The position numbers were made by a program, and so were the translations under genes. A DNA stretch of 64,000 nucleotides from an uncultured Verrucomicrobiae bacterium (GTDB lineage: Bacteria > Verrucomicrobiota > Verrucomicrobiia > Chthoniobacterales > Chthoniobacteraceae). Shown here piece after piece: positions 38,901 through 50,923 of the stretch (positions within the stretch are counted from its first letter, which is position 1; each line of letters starts with the position of its first letter). Below the pieces are notes generated by a model. That model was not told the DNA's origin. It did not search any database and was given only the letters and a program-made list of their open reading frames with translations. Location: assembly GCA_963828525.1 (NCBI GenBank), contig CAWHEP010000003.1:96001-160000 (forward strand), in the 5' to 3' direction.

Positions 38901-40547
38901 TTCCGCTCCGATGGTCGTTTCCGCCGAAGTGATGATTTCTTCCCGGATGCAATCGATGGGCGGATTGGTGACCTGGGCGAAGAGTTGTTTGAAATAATCG
39001 TAAAGAAGACGCGGCTTCTGCGACAGCACGGCGAGCGGAGTGTCCGTCCCCATGGAGCCGACCGCCTCCACTCCTTCGCGGGCCATCGGAGCCATCAGCA
39101 GGCGCAGATCCTCGAAGGTGTAGCCAAAAGCCTGCTGACGCCGCAGTACGGTTTTGTGGTCGGGCTCCGGTAGTTCGGGAGCGTCTTGGACTTTGGAGAG
39201 CTCAACCATGTGTTGGTTGATCCACTCCCTGTACGGCTTCTCCGCGGCAATCCCGTCCTTGATCTCATCATCGGCAACGATGCGCCCCTGTTCCATATCC
39301 ACGAGGAACATGCGCCCAGGCTGAAGCCTGCCTTTCACAGCCACGCGCTCCGGGTCGATGGGCAATACGCCTGCCTCGGATGCCATGATGACCAGATCAT
39401 CCTTGGTGACGTAATAGCGGGAAGGGCGCAGGCCATTACGGTCCAGCACCGCCCCGATCATGCGGCCATCGGTGAATGCGATGGAGGCTGGGCCATCCCA
39501 TGGCTCCATCAAGCAGGAATGGAATTCGTAAAAAGCCTTCTTCTCATCGCTCATCGACTCATGAGCGGTCCAAGGCTCAGGGATCATCATCATCATCGCG
39601 TGCGGGAGTGACCGACCGCCCAGGACGAGCAACTCGAACACGTTGTCGAACATCGCGGAGTCGGAGCCGTTCGTGTTGATGATGGGCAGTATCTTCTTTA
39701 TGTCCTCGCCGAATAGGTCGCTCTCCAGCAAGGCCTGCCGCGCGTGCATCCAGTTCACATTGCCACGGAGCGTGTTAATCTCGCCGTTGTGAGCGATGTA
39801 GCGATAGGGATGGGACCGCTCCCAACTCGGGAATGTATTCGTGGAAAATCGGGAATGAACGAGCGCCAAAGCCGACTCCATATCTGGATCACAGAGGTCG
39901 GGGAAGTATTGCGCCACCTGCACCGGCATCAGCATTCCCTTATAAATGAGGGTGCGGCAGGAAAGACTCGATACAAACCAAAAATCATCCACTGCGGCGA
40001 TACGGATCTCATTGGCCGCCCGTTTGCGGATGATATAGAGCTTCCTCTCAAACGCCTGTTCGTCGACGCAATTGGCTCCCCGTCCGATGAATATCTGACG
40101 CACCACGGGTTCACTGGCCCTCGCGGTATTGCCAAGCGAAGAGTTATCCGTCGGCACGGAGCGCCATCCAAGAACTGTCTGCCCCTCCTCGCCAACAATC
40201 CTCTCCATGATGCGCATGCCATTCTCCGCGCGCAGAGCATCCGGCGAGGAAAACACAAATCCCACACCATAGTGGCCAGGTTCGGGGAGCGTTATGTTCT
40301 TAGACGCGCAAACTTTGGAAAGGAACTTGTGAGGCACTTGCAAAAGAATGCCAGCTCCGTCTCCTGTGTTCGCTTCGCAACCGCATGCGCCGCGATGATC
40401 CAGGTTCACGAGGATCGTCAACGCTTGTTCAACGATTGAATGGGATTTCTCGCCTTTCATGTGAACCAGAAAGCCGACTCCGCAAGAGTCGTGCTCGAAT
40501 GAAGGATCGTAAAGACCCTGCTTTGGCGGTAATCCCTTATTTTCCAT
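35961..40547 (-). CDS. gltB: Glutamate synthase large subunit
   Basis: [52 protein letters not shown] at 40547 (MENKGLP). Confidence 0.97.
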   Translation of the reverse strand: MENKGLPPKQGLYDPSFEHDSCGVGFLVHMKGEKSHSIVEQALTILVNLDHRGACGCEANTGDGAGILLQVPHKFLSKVCASKNITLPEPGHYGVGFVFSSPDALRAENGMRIMERIVGEEGQTVLGWRSVPTDNSSLGNTARASEPVVRQIFIGRGANCVDEQAFERKLYIIRKRAANEIRIAAVDDFWFVSSLSCRTLIYKGMLMPVQVAQYFPDLCDPDMESALALVHSRFSTNTFPSWERSHPYRYIAHNGEINTLRGNVNWMHARQALLESDLFGEDIKKILPIINTNGSDSAMFDNVFELLVLGGRSLPHAMMMMIPEPWTAHESMSDEKKAFYEFHSCLMEPWDGPASIAFTDGRMIGAVLDRNGLRPSRYYVTKDDLVIMASEAGVLPIDPERVAVKGRLQPGRMFLVDMEQGRIVADDEIKDGIAAEKPYREWINQHMVELSKVQDAPELPEPDHKTVLRRQQAFGYTFEDLRLLMAPMAREGVEAVGSMGTDTPLAVLSQKPRLLYDYFKQLFAQVTNPPIDCIREEIITSAETTIGAEGNLLSPRPESCHLIELKTPILTNEELAKLKFVAQGEFKSVTIPILFNPREGVNGFEKAIDDICAQGSRSVSDGANIIILSDRGVDKDNAAIPALLAVAGLHHHLIREGKRTRVGIVLESGEPREVHHFAMLIGYGCGAINPYLAFETLDDMIRQGLLVNVDHKTACKNFVKAATKGVIKVASKIGISTIQSYRGAQVFECVGLNHAIVEKYFSWTASRIEGADIGVLAREVLERHNHAFPDRQVNGHALDAGGEYQWRKEGEMHLFSPQTIHALQRAVRANSYKAFQEYAALVNEQGRAHYTLRGLLDFKERDPVLIDEVESIDAILKRFKTGAMSYGSISKEAHEALAIAMNRIGGKSNTGEGGEDPDRYTWTNDKGDSKNSAIKQVASGRFGVTSLYLSKASELQIKMAQGAKPGEGGQLPGTKVYPWIAKVRYSTPGVGLISPPPHHDIYSIEDLAELIHDLKNANREARVSVKLVSEVGVGTIAAGVAKAHADVVLISGFDGGTGASAQTSIKHAGLPWELGLAETHQTLVLNNLRSRIAVEADGQLKTGRDVIIAALLGAEEFGFATAPLVTLGCIMMRVCHLNTCPVGVATQDPRLRKNFTGDPQHTVNFMRFIAQEVRELMAQLGFKTINEMVGRTDILEPKKAIEHWKARGIDFSKILYQPEAGPEVGRYCQIPQDHGLDKSLDITRLLEICKPAIEHGEKVEASLDIINVNRVVGTILGNEITKRHRDGLPEDTVRLRFKGSAGQSFGAFIPRGVTLEIEGDANDYVGKGLSGGKIIIYPPRESTFVAEENILIGNVALYGATRGEVYFSGMAGERFAVRNSGANAVVEAVGDHGCEYMTGGRVIVLGATGRNFAAGMSGGVAYILDEAGDFITRCNQQMVGLEEMTADEAEDVRLAVKRHADYTHSKKAFKVLALWDEMIPKFVKVMPKDYKRVLNALKKAEQDGLSGDDAMNAAFEANARDVARIGGS

Positions 40548-40737
40548 AGCTCGAAGTAGGTGCTTTTTGTTCGTGATATGCCGAAAGTGCCGAATTGCTG
40601 CTTCCGAACGCGCGAATTTAGACGAAAATTCGGCAGTTGCACGCAAAACCGCGCAGGAACATGGCAAAACTTTAGGCGATTTCGCGCAATGGTTGCCCGA
40701 AGACCAATTCCCGCAATGGGGACAGATGCCCGAGGCG

Positions 40738-42027
40738 CTAACCGCGTTCGTCGATTTCGACGTACGGAGCGAGTGGTTCGCCCATGTAGATTTGTCGCGG
40801 CCGGTAAATGCGATTGTCTGGATCTTCCGCAACTTCCTTGTAGTTCGCGATCCACCCGGGCATGCGTCCAATCGCAAAAATAACCGTGAACATTTCCAGC
40901 GGGATGCCAATGGCCCGCATCATGATGCCGCTGTAAAAATCGACGTTCGGATAAAGCTTGCGCTCGACGAAGTAGGGGTCGTTCAGAGCCGTCTGTTCGA
41001 GATGCAGAGCGATGTCCAGCAGCGGGTCGCTGATCTTAAGGGCGGCTAGCAGCTCATCACAGCGCTGTTTGATGATCTTCGCGCGCGGATCGTAATTTTT
41101 GTAAACACGGTGACCGAAGCCCATCAACCGGCGGCCGCTTTTCTTGTCCTTGGCGGCGGCGACGAAACGGGAGCCGTCATCGCCATCCTGATGGATTGCC
41201 TCGAGCATCTCCAACACAGCCTGGTTTGCCCCGCCGTGGAGGGGCCCCCAAAGGGCGCACACTCCAGCAGCGGCGCTCGCGAAAAGGTTGGCGCGGCTCG
41301 AAGCCACCATGCGAACGGTGGAGGTAGAGCAATTCTGCTCGTGATCCGCATGGAGCAGGAAGATAAGATCAAGAGCCCGCACGACCTCCGGCTTGCACTC
41401 GTAATCGGAGTACGGCTCCGAGAACATCATGTGCAGGAAATTCGCGGAATACTTGTATTCGGGTTTGGGGTAGATGATCGGCAGGCCCAGCGACTTGCGG
41501 TGCGCAAAAGCCGCGATCGTGCGCGTCTGCGAAATCAGCCGGGCGGCCTGCACTTCGAAGTGCTTGGGATCATGCGCCTTCAGGAGCTCCGGATAAAAGC
41601 AGCCTGCGGCATTGATCATGGACGAAAGGATCGCCATCGGGTGAGCGTTCGGAGGGAAGCCCTCGAAATGGAACTTCATGTCTTCGTGGATCAGCTCGTG
41701 CCGGGTGAGCAGATTAGAGAACGCGGTTAACTGCTTGCTGGTCGGAAGACTGCCGTAAATGATGAGATACGCCGTCTCGATGAATGTGGACTTCGCGGCC
41801 AGTTGCTCAATGGGAATGCCGCGGTAACGGAGAATGCCTTTGTCGCCGTCTATGAACGTGACCTTGCTCGTGCAGGATCCCGTGTTGCCAAACCCGGCAT
41901 CAAGCGTGATGTAGCCGCTGCGATCCAGAAGCTTGCCGACGTCGACCGCCCTCTCGCCCGCAGTGCCCTCTATGATGGGCAAAGTTACCTTCTGCCCGTT
42001 ACAGTCCAGTTCTGCGGTTTGGTTCAT
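40738..42027 (-). CDS. gltA: Citrate synthase
   Basis: [37 protein letters not shown]. Confidence 0.97.
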   Translation of the reverse strand: MNQTAELDCNGQKVTLPIIEGTAGERAVDVGKLLDRSGYITLDAGFGNTGSCTSKVTFIDGDKGILRYRGIPIEQLAAKSTFIETAYLIIYGSLPTSKQLTAFSNLLTRHELIHEDMKFHFEGFPPNAHPMAILSSMINAAGCFYPELLKAHDPKHFEVQAARLISQTRTIAAFAHRKSLGLPIIYPKPEYKYSANFLHMMFSEPYSDYECKPEVVRALDLIFLLHADHEQNCSTSTVRMVASSRANLFASAAAGVCALWGPLHGGANQAVLEMLEAIHQDGDDGSRFVAAAKDKKSGRRLMGFGHRVYKNYDPRAKIIKQRCDELLAALKISDPLLDIALHLEQTALNDPYFVERKLYPNVDFYSGIMMRAIGIPLEMFTVIFAIGRMPGWIANYKEVAEDPDNRIYRPRQIYMGEPLAPYVEIDERG

Positions 42028-42071
42028 AGTGTTTGGTCCTGTTTGACGCCAAAGATCAACAGAGTTTTGAC

Positions 42072-42636
42072 TTACAATTCCAGAAAATTCTTGAGTAGGC
42101 GCTTGCCTTCCAGAGTAAGGACGGATTCCGGATGGAACTGCACTCCGTGAATCGGAAATGAGCGGTGCCTCAGCCCCATGATTTCATGCTCAGCGGTCTC
42201 GGCTGTAATCTCAAGCGCGGCAGGAAACGTGTCGCGCTTAACAAGCAGGGAATGGTATCTCGTCGCGTCGAAAGGGGACGGGAAGTCCGGCAAATACCCC
42301 CCGGCTGTCATGGAGGATGGGCGAGGTCTTGCCATGCATCAAACGCCCCGCGCGCACAACATCGCCCCCGAAAACATGCGCCATGCATTGATGCCCGAGG
42401 CAGACGCCGAGGATGGGAGTGGTTTCGCAAAACCGTACGATGACCTCATTGCTGATGCCAGCTTCTTTGGGGGTGCAGGGCCCCGGCGAAATGCAGATGC
42501 GGGCGGGCTTGAGAACTTCTATCTCCGCCACGCTGATCTCATCGTTCCTTTTGACAACAATTTCCGCGCCCAGTTCTCCAAAATACTGAACAAGGTTATA
42601 CGTAAAAGAATCGTAGTTATCTATGATCAGCAGCAT
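42072..42636 (-). CDS. trpG: Anthranilate synthase component II (apparent +1 indel near 42281)
   Basis: [22 protein letters not shown]; then RYHSL and QFHPES in the next frame. Confidence 0.92.
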
Positions 42637-44126
42637 GCGCGGCTTGCCTCCGTGGCTCGTTCAATGGCCCGCATCATACCCATGGCTTTGTTCACGGTCT
42701 CCTGGTATTCGCCTTCCGGGGTGGAATCGGCGACAACTCCCCCGCCCGCCTGGACATAGGCCATGCCGTCTTTTAGCAGGACGGTGCGCAGGGCGATGCA
42801 CGAGTCCAGATTTCCATCGAAGCCAAAATACCCGACGGCGCCAGCATATGTGCCACGCTTGCTCTTCTCGAACTGATTGATGACCTGCATGGCGCGGACC
42901 TTGGGCGACCCGGACACCGTCCCCGCGGGGAACGTCGCGCGCATCACATCGTAGGCATTCCGATCCGCCCGTAATTCGCCGATGACATTTGAGACTATGT
43001 GCATGACATGACTATAACGCTCAATCGTCATGAAATCCGTGACCTCGACGGAGCCGTAATTTGCAATCCGCCCGACGTCGTTGCGAGCCAGGTCCACGAG
43101 CATGAGGTGCTCCGCGCGTTCCTTGGGGTCAGCCAGGAGTTCCGCGGCGTTACTTTCATCCTGCGCTTCGGTAACTCCCCGCGGGCGTGTGCCGGCAATC
43201 GGTCGAATCTCCACTTTTCCATTCGTCGTTCTCACGTGTACCTCGGGAGAACTGCCCACAAGCGAGAACCGTTCGCCAAACTTCAGGCAGAACATGTACG
43301 GCGAAGGGTTGACGGAACGGAGCGATCTGTAAAGGGTAAGCGCTTCTCCTGTATAAGGCGTCTCAAATCGCTGTGAAGGCACAACCTGGAAGATATCTCC
43401 CGCGTGGATGTACTCCTGGCAGTCTTGCACTGTGCGCAGGTAATCCTCCCGCGACGTATTCGAACGCGGAGAAATATTTGCGCATTCACGAAACACGTTG
43501 ATAGGCGGGAGAGTTGCGGGACGAGCCAGCTTTTCGATTGCGGAATCGATCTGGCGGCAAGCAAGGTCGTATGCGCCATCTACGTCGTCGTCCTTCACAT
43601 GGGCGTTCGCGAGCACCCGGAGGCGGCGCATGCGGTGATCGAAAGCGAGGAGAGCGCCCGTGACCATGAATAGCATCTCAGGCAGATCGAGTTCATCCGG
43701 CGGCGGAGGAGGAATAGTTGGCTCAAAGAAACGAACAACATCGTAACCGAGGTAGCCCACCGCTCCCCCCGAAAAAGGGAGCGGTCCCGCGTAGGGCGAG
43801 CGGCGAAACCGCGCCATGAGTGTCTCCAGTTCCTTAAGTGGATCGCCCTGGTACTCGCGCGTTTTCCCATCCTCGGTGACCCGGATGGATCGTCCGCGGG
43901 TCTCAAACACGACGCCAGGGTCTGTTCCCACGAACGAATAGCGGCCTACCTGGTCGTTCGTCTCCGCCGATTCGAGTAAAAACGAATAGCCGCCCGCATC
44001 CAGCTTGTAAAACGCTGACACCGGCGTTTCGAAATCGGCCACTAGTTCGGTGAAAACTGGAATCAGGTTCGCCGTCTCGGCAAGTACCTTAAACTCTTCG
44101 CGCGTCGGCTTGAACGGAGTGCTCAC
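42627..44126 (-). CDS. trpE: Anthranilate synthase component I
   Basis: [55 protein letters not shown]. Confidence 0.95.
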   Translation of the reverse strand: MSTPFKPTREEFKVLAETANLIPVFTELVADFETPVSAFYKLDAGGYSFLLESAETNDQVGRYSFVGTDPGVVFETRGRSIRVTEDGKTREYQGDPLKELETLMARFRRSPYAGPLPFSGGAVGYLGYDVVRFFEPTIPPPPPDELDLPEMLFMVTGALLAFDHRMRRLRVLANAHVKDDDVDGAYDLACRQIDSAIEKLARPATLPPINVFRECANISPRSNTSREDYLRTVQDCQEYIHAGDIFQVVPSQRFETPYTGEALTLYRSLRSVNPSPYMFCLKFGERFSLVGSSPEVHVRTTNGKVEIRPIAGTRPRGVTEAQDESNAAELLADPKERAEHLMLVDLARNDVGRIANYGSVEVTDFMTIERYSHVMHIVSNVIGELRADRNAYDVMRATFPAGTVSGSPKVRAMQVINQFEKSKRGTYAGAVGYFGFDGNLDSCIALRTVLLKDGMAYVQAGGGVVADSTPEGEYQETVNKAMGMMRAIERATEASRACC

Positions 44127-44509
44127 TTGTAAACCGCTCCTGGGTCAAAAAGCCGCTCCTCCTTGACTTCCAGAGGCGCGCCTGCCCGATCCATCTCCTG
44201 GAAGAAGCAAGTCTCGTAACCTGTATGACAGGCCCCGCCTTCCTGCTCCACCTCGAACAGGAGCGTGTCCTGGTCGCAATCCACAAACCAAGCTGTGAGC
44301 TTCTGTGTATGCCCGCTCGTCTCGCCCTTGAGCCAGAGTTTTTTCCGTGACCGGCTCCAGTAATGCATGAGCCCGCTTTGAAGAGTTTTCTCCACAGACT
44401 CACGATTCATCCATGCCATCATGAGCACACGACCTCCATGAGAGGGCGCGGCCTCCTGAACGATCGCGGGAATGAGTCCATCCGCGTTAAAATTCAATTT
44501 GAGTTCCAT
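44123..44509 (-). CDS. hisI: Phosphoribosyl-AMP cyclohydrolase
   Basis: WSRSRKKLWLKGETSG, DCDQD, ACHTG...CF; stop overlaps the trpE start. Confidence 0.95.
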   Translation of the reverse strand: MELKLNFNADGLIPAIVQEAAPSHGGRVLMMAWMNRESVEKTLQSGLMHYWSRSRKKLWLKGETSGHTQKLTAWFVDCDQDTLLFEVEQEGGACHTGYETCFFQEMDRAGAPLEVKEERLFDPGAVYK

Positions 44510-44556
44510 AAAAGAGAAATAAAAAGCCCGACGATTCGGTGAGAGAACCATCGGGC
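44510..44556 (-). terminator. Intrinsic terminator immediately upstream of hisI (attenuator candidate)
   Basis: GCCCGAUGGUUC-loop7-GAAUCGUCGGGC, a 12-bp stem with two G-U pairs valid only on the minus strand, followed by UUUUUAUUUCUCUUUU. Confidence 0.85.
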
Positions 44557-44624
44557 GAAAATTCGGCGCAGCTACTGCGGCGAGTCCGGGGCGCGCCTAT
44601 GTGGCGGCGTCCCGCGAGCCCGTT

Positions 44625-44651
44625 TCAGCAAAGTCGCCAATGCAAAGTCAT
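44625..44651 (-). CDS. Putative attenuator leader peptide MTLHWRLC
   Basis: ATG ACT TTG CAT TGG CGA CTT TGC TGA; adjacent His and Trp codons upstream of a terminator and hisI-trpE-trpG. Confidence 0.55.
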   Translation of the reverse strand: MTLHWRLC

Positions 44652-44740
44652 CTGAATGACGAGTAGCAAGGGAGCAAAGGCGGCGCAAGGGAAATTCACT
44701 TCCATTCCAAGCAAAGACTCCCTTCCCAGCGATCTGAATT

Positions 44741-46143
44741 TCAGTTTTGCGCTTCTTCTGACGGGGTAATCCCTGGCGGTGGCGGCGCGATCGCGGCACT
44801 GGAAGCCGGTCTGCCGAGTTCGCGCAGTTGGCGCAGTGAGATATCGGATGGCAACGCGGCTGATCGAGTCTTCGGCACGCCCACGCGCTGAGAAAGATAG
44901 ATGCCGGAGTGGCCACTGCATAGATAAGCGATAAAGCAGGCTGCGGCGATATACACTACATGAGTCGCTCCAAACAGCTCGATGCCCATCAGGGTGCATG
45001 CAAGCGGGGTATTCGTCGCCCCAGCAAAGATCGCGACAAAACCCAGGGCCGCAAAAAGATCCGGGGGCGGCCGAGCGCGCCAGCCAATGCATTCCCCAGG
45101 GCCGCTCCAATGAAAAAGAGCGGTGTCACTTCCCCCCCTTTAAATCCGCTGCTCAAAGTGATCACCGTGAACACAAACTTCCAGAGCCAACTCCAATAAT
45201 GTATCGTCGGTGACTGAAAGAACGAGAGGATCGTTATGGCCTGCGGATGTGGTGAAGAGACGCCGAGGCCGAGATAGTCCGTGGTGCCTGCCGCCAGGAA
45301 TAGCCCGATAACGAGCAGACCACCCACTGCCGGGCGCAGGGGGCCGAACGGGATGAGTCTCTTAAAGAGAGAAGCCATCAGGTGCGACACCTCGGCGAAC
45401 GCTGTGCTTGCCCATCCGAAAACAGCCGCGGCCGCAATCACCTTCAAAAGCAGGAACGGGTCTAGATGAAAGAACGCCGCCGGGGGTAAATCGGTAGCGA
45501 GATAAGCTATGTGATAACGCGTGTGGCCCACGCCCCAAGTGTGGCACGTCCAGTCGCCCACAACTGCCGCGATGAAACATGGAAGCAGTGCCTGGTATTG
45601 CACCCGCCCAATCGTCAGCACCTCCAACGCGAAAACGGCTCCTGCCAGCGGCGTTCCAAATACGGCTCCAAACCCCGCGGCAATGCCCGCCATGAGAACG
45701 ACACGTACCCTGTCCGGGCCTAGACCGCACAGGCGGCAGAAGCCGCTCGCAATGCTGCCGCCCATCTGGACAGCGGTTCCTTCGCGTCCAGCGGAGCCAC
45801 CAAACAAGTGTGTGACCAGAGTGCCAACTAAAATCAATGGCGCCATCCTCCGCGGCACTCCGCCTCCGGGTTCATGAATCTGGTCCACCAGCAGGTTATT
45901 GCCCCCCTCAGCTGATCTGCCGCAGTAGTGATAAAGGATGCCGATGCCGAATCCACCCACTGGCAGGAAATAGATCAGCCACGGGTGCATGTATCGGATT
46001 TCAGTTACGCGCTCGAGGCTCCACAGAAAAAAGGCGCACGCGCTCCCCGCGATCATGGCCATCGGTAGCAGGACGGCCAGCCACCTGAGCGCGCTGGATA
46101 TGTTCCGGCACAACCGCTGAACGAACTGGGTCGAGGCAGTCAC
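44741..46143 (-). CDS. CLC-family fluoride/proton antiporter (CLC-F type; apparent frameshift near 45065)
   Basis: GNNLL, GREGT and GEVTP signature motifs; continues as DLFAALG...[15 protein letters not shown]...SGHSGIY. Confidence 0.88.
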
Positions 46144-46304
46144 AAGGCGTGTCCTAGATACTAACCAGGGCGGGGCGAGTCAAATCCCCCACGATGAGTT
46201 CCGAGCCGCAACTCCTCATCTAGCGGCGGATGGTGGCGATACGCTTTGTCAGCTGCAATGAATGCCTTGTTCTGAATCTATATTATTTCTATAACAAGCC
46301 CTCG

Positions 46305-48590
46305 ATGATCAAGACCCTCGCGCTCGCTCTCGTGGCATTGAGCCTTTCGTTCAGGTCCTTCGCGCTCGAAGGGAAAGCGTCCGAAGAACCATGTCTTTTA
46401 AGCTACGTCAACATCCTGCAGGGAACGGACAACAATTCGGGATTTTCACATGGCAACACCCTGCCACTCGTTGGCATGCCGTGGGGAATGACGGATTGGG
46501 CAATCCAGAGCGAAGCCAAAGGTTTTTTCAAGCCAAACGCAAAGGTGGCGGGATTTCGGGCGACTCACGAACCCAGCCCCTGGATGGGGGATTATGGGCA
46601 GTTCCTCATCATGCCGCAGAGCGGGGATTTAGCCATGGATCCGCAGATGCGCGTGTCAAGCTACGACACTGCCAGATCCGTTCTGCGTCCCGACTACGAA
46701 AAGCTGGAACTGGTGAAAGACGCGATCACTGCGGAGATCACGGCCACAGAGCGATGCGCTGCCTTCCGTTTCACCTTCCATCGCGGGAGCACTGGCCGGT
46801 TGATCGTGAATGCCTATGGGGGCTCCGAAATTCAGATCCACGGGCGCGTAATCCGTGGGTTGAGCCGTATCAACAAAGGTGGCGTCACAAAAAACTTTGC
46901 GTCCTATTTTGTCATAGAAATGGATCGCGACATTGCCAAAAGCGAGACGTTCGTGAAAGGAGCAAGCGCGGCCACTTCGGCGCCTGGGGGCAATCCGGCT
47001 CCACCGGACGCGAAGGGGCAGGATGTAGCTGCTTACGTGGAGTTCAATGCCTCGCCGGAACCGGTGGAGTTGAAGGTCGGAACATCCTTCATCAGTTGGG
47101 AGCAGGCGGAGCAAAACTTGCGAGCAGAGACGAAGGGCGGCTTTGAAGCCGCGCATGAACGGGCGCGTTCAACTTGGGAGAACAACCTTGGCCGGATCGA
47201 CATCGACGCGTCGCCGGAGCAGAAGAAGACCTTCTACTCGTGCCTCTATCGAGCGCAGATGTTCCCGCATCGGTTGTATGAGGCGGACGCGTCTGGCAAG
47301 GCTCTTCATTACAGTCCCTACGATGGAAAAGTGCATGAAGGCGTTCTCTATGGGGACATCGGGATCTGGGACGCGTTTCGCACGACATTCCCGCTGATCA
47401 CGATTCTATACCCGTCGCAACTCCAGGAAATCCTCCAGGGCTTTGTGAATGCTTCGAATGAGGGAGGCACTCTCCCGGAGTGGCCAAACCCCGGGTATAG
47501 AAGCTGCATGATAGGCCAACACTGCGCCGCGATATTTGCCGACGCGGTGATCAAGGGATTGACGAACTTCGACGTGAAGGCGGCTTACACCTCGCTGCGC
47601 AGGAGCGCTTTCGAACCGCCAAAAGCGGGTGAACTCGTGCGCAGCGGCATGAGGGATTACCTGAAGAACGGCTACATTCCCGACGGTTCGACGCAGTACG
47701 CGCTTTCGGCAACGCTGGATTACGCGTATGACGACTGGTGTGTCGCGCAGATCGCGAGGCAGCAAGGCGAGCCGGACGTTTACAAGACGTTGATGGAACG
47801 GGCGCAGAATTATCGCAAGCTCTGGGATCCTGGCGTGGGTTTTATGCGGCCTCGAAACAAATTAAATGGCGCGTGGGTCGAACCGTTCGACGAATTTGCC
47901 TGGGGCGGGTCCTATGCCGAGAGCGGGCCGTGGCAAAGCAGTTGGTTCGTTCCGCACGATCCGGCGGGGCTCGCGGAACTAATGGGCGGAAAAGAGAAGC
48001 TGGCCTCCAAGCTTGACGCGATGCTGGCGACACCGCCGACTTTCCATGTGGGCGGCTATCATCATGTCATCCATGAGATGAGGGAGATGGCTGCGGCGCA
48101 TTTCGGTCAGTATGCGCAATCCAACCAGCCATCATTCAACAATCTGTACCTGTTCACCGCTGCCGGGAAGCCCTGGGAAACGGAATACTGGACGCGGCGG
48201 GTGTGCTCGGAGATGTATGACTCGAGTCCGGATGGGTTTTCCGGTGATGAGGATAACGGATCAATGGCCAGTTGGTATCTCCTGAGTTCCATCGGATTAT
48301 ACTCGCTCTGCCCGGGAACGAGCGCCTACCTATTCACCAGCCCGCTGTTCACAAAGGTTACCTTGCGCCTGCCCGGATCAAAGACATTCACCGTGTCGGC
48401 TGCCGCGAATGATGACAAAAATGTTTACGTTCAGGAACGTTCTTTGAATGGCGTAAAGGTTAGCCGTACCTGGATCGACTATTCTCAGATCATGAATGGA
48501 GGCAGTCTGGCGGTAACGATGGGTCCGAAGGCGCTCCAGCGTATTGTCAGGGATGAGGAATTGCCGTATTCGGTGACCGCTTACAAGTAA
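46305..48590 (+). CDS. Glycoside hydrolase family 92 (alpha-1,2-mannosidase-like), secreted
   Basis: Signal peptide, GNTLP...PWGMT, DYG, WDAFRT, LDYAYDDW, WFVPHD, SNQPS, GDEDNGSMASW. Confidence 0.92.
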   Translation: MIKTLALALVALSLSFRSFALEGKASEEPCLLSYVNILQGTDNNSGFSHGNTLPLVGMPWGMTDWAIQSEAKGFFKPNAKVAGFRATHEPSPWMGDYGQFLIMPQSGDLAMDPQMRVSSYDTARSVLRPDYEKLELVKDAITAEITATERCAAFRFTFHRGSTGRLIVNAYGGSEIQIHGRVIRGLSRINKGGVTKNFASYFVIEMDRDIAKSETFVKGASAATSAPGGNPAPPDAKGQDVAAYVEFNASPEPVELKVGTSFISWEQAEQNLRAETKGGFEAAHERARSTWENNLGRIDIDASPEQKKTFYSCLYRAQMFPHRLYEADASGKALHYSPYDGKVHEGVLYGDIGIWDAFRTTFPLITILYPSQLQEILQGFVNASNEGGTLPEWPNPGYRSCMIGQHCAAIFADAVIKGLTNFDVKAAYTSLRRSAFEPPKAGELVRSGMRDYLKNGYIPDGSTQYALSATLDYAYDDWCVAQIARQQGEPDVYKTLMERAQNYRKLWDPGVGFMRPRNKLNGAWVEPFDEFAWGGSYAESGPWQSSWFVPHDPAGLAELMGGKEKLASKLDAMLATPPTFHVGGYHHVIHEMREMAAAHFGQYAQSNQPSFNNLYLFTAAGKPWETEYWTRRVCSEMYDSSPDGFSGDEDNGSMASWYLLSSIGLYSLCPGTSAYLFTSPLFTKVTLRLPGSKTFTVSAAANDDKNVYVQERSLNGVKVSRTWIDYSQIMNGGSLAVTMGPKALQRIVRDEELPYSVTAYK

Positions 48591-48720
48591 GAAACCCGCG
48601 TCCGTAAAGGCAGATGCCCGCGCTTTGTGCCGCGCATTCGCCGATCCAGAGCAGCCGGCTTGCTGCTTTCGCTTGATTGCCTGAGCCTTTGTCCCTATTA
48701 TTGCCGCTCATCATTTCAAA

Positions 48721-50507
48721 ATGAGCACAAGCACACCTCCCACAGCCACTGGCATCAAGGCAAAATCGGACACGGCGCCTCAGCGGGGTGAGGCGATGCT
48801 TGGAGCCGAGATTCTTGTCGCATGTCTGGAGCGTGAAGGGGTGGATGTGGTCTTCGCCTATCCGGGCGGGGCGAGCATGCCGATTCACCAGGCGCTCACG
48901 AAGTCAAAGAGCATCCGGACGGTGCTGCCGCGCCATGAGCAAGGCGGGGTGTTCGCGGCTGAAGGTTACGCCCGCGCCTCGGGCCGCGTCGGTGTTTGCA
49001 TGGCGACTTCGGGCCCTGGCGCTACAAACCTGCTTACTGGGATAGCAGACGCCTACATGGATTCGGTTCCTCTCGTGGCTATCACCGGGCAGGTGCCTCA
49101 GGCCATGATCGGCAAGGGCGCCTTTCAGGAGACAGATGTCTTTGGGATGACTCTACCCGTGGTGAAGCACAACTATCTCGTGATGAACGTGAACGAGATT
49201 CCGCGGATCATCAAAGAAGCCTTTCACATCGCGCGATCGGGACGTCCGGGGCCTGTGCTGGTGGATATTCCGAAGAATATCCAGGAATCACGCACGCAGC
49301 CCATCTTTCCAAACGAGGTGCATTTGCGAGGCTACAGCCCAGATAGCAAAGCGGGCGATCTGGAATTGAATGAAGTGATCGGACTGATTGAGGCTGCGAA
49401 GGAGCCGATGATCTACTGCGGTGGAGGCATTATTTCAGGGGAGGCATCTGAGGAGCTGCGAGAGTTTGCCGAACGCACCCAGATCCCCGTCGCGACTACC
49501 CTGATGGGAATTGGCTGCTTCCCCGAGAATCACCCGCTTTCGCTGAAGTGGCTGGGCATGCACGGCACAGTCTACGCCAACAATGCTGTGAATGAGGCCG
49601 ATCTCCTGCTCGCGATTGGCGCGCGTTTCGATGACCGCGTGACTGGGAAGATCGAGAAGTTTGCCGAGCACGGTACGATCGTGCATATCGACATAGACAA
49701 CTCGGAGATCAACAAGAACAAGGTGGTGCGGCTGCCCATTGTCAGCGACGTCAAATACGCGCTGACCCGCCTGAACGAATTGCTCGAAAGATCTGGCAGA
49801 AAGCGCGTGGCTTCAAACCACGACAGGTTCAAAGGCTGGTATGCGAAGATAGCCGACTGGAAGAGGAGCTACCCGCTTGGGTTCAAGGACACAGAAAGCG
49901 TGATCCAACCTCAGTACGTGATCCGTCTCCTGCACGAGATGACGAAGGGCGAAGCGATCATTACGACGGGTGTCGGCCAACACCAGATGTGGGCGGGGCA
50001 GCACTACGATTTTACTCATCCCGTACTTTCCTGACCTCGGCGGGTCTCGGCTCGATGGGCTTCGGTTATCCTGCAGCGCTCGGCGCGAAGGTAGCCATGC
50101 CTCACCGCGAGGTCATCGACATCGACGGAGATGGCTCATTCCTGATGAACATCCAGGAACTGGCCACTGCCTATGTCGAAAATATTGCGGCAAAAGCGAT
50201 CATTCTCAACAACCAGCACTTGGGCATGGTCGTCCAGTGGGAAGATCTCAAATACGAGAGCAATCGCGCGCACACTTTTCTGGGAAATCCGAGGGACGCC
50301 GCGCACATCTACCCGGACTATGTCTCACTTTGCAAAGGCTTCTGCGTGCCTTGTGAAAGAGTCATAGACAAGAAAGACCTGCCTGGCGCAATACAGCGTT
50401 TGTTGGATGCCAAGGAACCTTATGTGCTCGACGTCATGGTGCCGTACACGGAGCATGTACTGCCGATGATTCCCGGCGGAGCGACATACAAGGATGTAAT
50501 CGTCTGA
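48721..50507 (+). CDS. ilvB: Acetolactate synthase large subunit (apparent -1 indel near 50021)
   Basis: [26 protein letters not shown]; then GLGSMGFG and GDGSFLMN in the next frame. Confidence 0.93.
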
Positions 50508-50546
50508 GAATTTCCAAGAGCCTGCCAGCAGTGACAGGCTTCCTAG

Positions 50547-50631
50547 GGATGGGTGACAGAGCGGTCGATTGTGCACGCCTGGAAAGCGTGTGTACCGAAA
50601 GGTACCCGGGGTTCGAATCCCCGCCCATCCG
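50547..50631 (+). tRNA. tRNA-Ser (anticodon GGA)
   Basis: Acceptor stem GGATGGG/CCCATCC, anticodon arm CACGC-CTGGAAA-GCGTG, long variable arm, GTTCGAATC; CCA not encoded. Confidence 0.95.
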
Positions 50632-50646
50632 CTGAATCTACAAATC

Positions 50647-50730
50647 TGGTGCTCGGGGGGGGACTTGAACCCCCATGCCTTACGGCATACGCCCCTCAAA
50701 CGTACGTGTCTGCCATTTCACCACCCGAGC
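50647..50730 (-). tRNA. tRNA-Leu (anticodon GAG)
   Basis: Acceptor stem GCTCGGG/CCCGAGC, anticodon arm TACGT-TTGAGGG-GCGTA, variable arm, GTTCAAGTC, encoded ACCA. Confidence 0.95.
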
Positions 50731-50923
50731 TGAATGAAGCGAACGGATTCGCTGACAGAGACCTTTAACATGAACAGAATAGTCTGCAAACCTGAAATCA
50801 TGGATGGTGGCGCCAACCCCGCGCGCGCAATCACAGACCCAACACGGAGAGGGTTTTCCAGAAGGATGAACGCGACAGATTTTTTCCTTTGCTCACGCCT
50901 GCGGCGGGCGTAAGGGTTGCCGC

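Noticed and set aside
40560..40735. Sigma54 promoter or NtrC sites upstream of gltB
   Set aside because: The GG-to-GC spacing is 8 rather than 10, and the CGCAATGG repeats match NtrC sites poorly.
40548..40910. 121-aa N-terminal extension of GltB
   Set aside because: It overlaps citrate synthase and lacks similarity to GltB; the real start is the ATG at 40547.
46144..46260. Fluoride riboswitch upstream of the CLC gene
   Set aside because: Only a GATGAG/CTCATC hairpin is present; the conserved aptamer pattern was not found by eye.
50805..50825. tRNA 3'-end-like sequence (GGCGCCACCA on the minus strand) as an att site
   Set aside because: No T-arm, no match to the neighbouring tRNAs and no integrase nearby.
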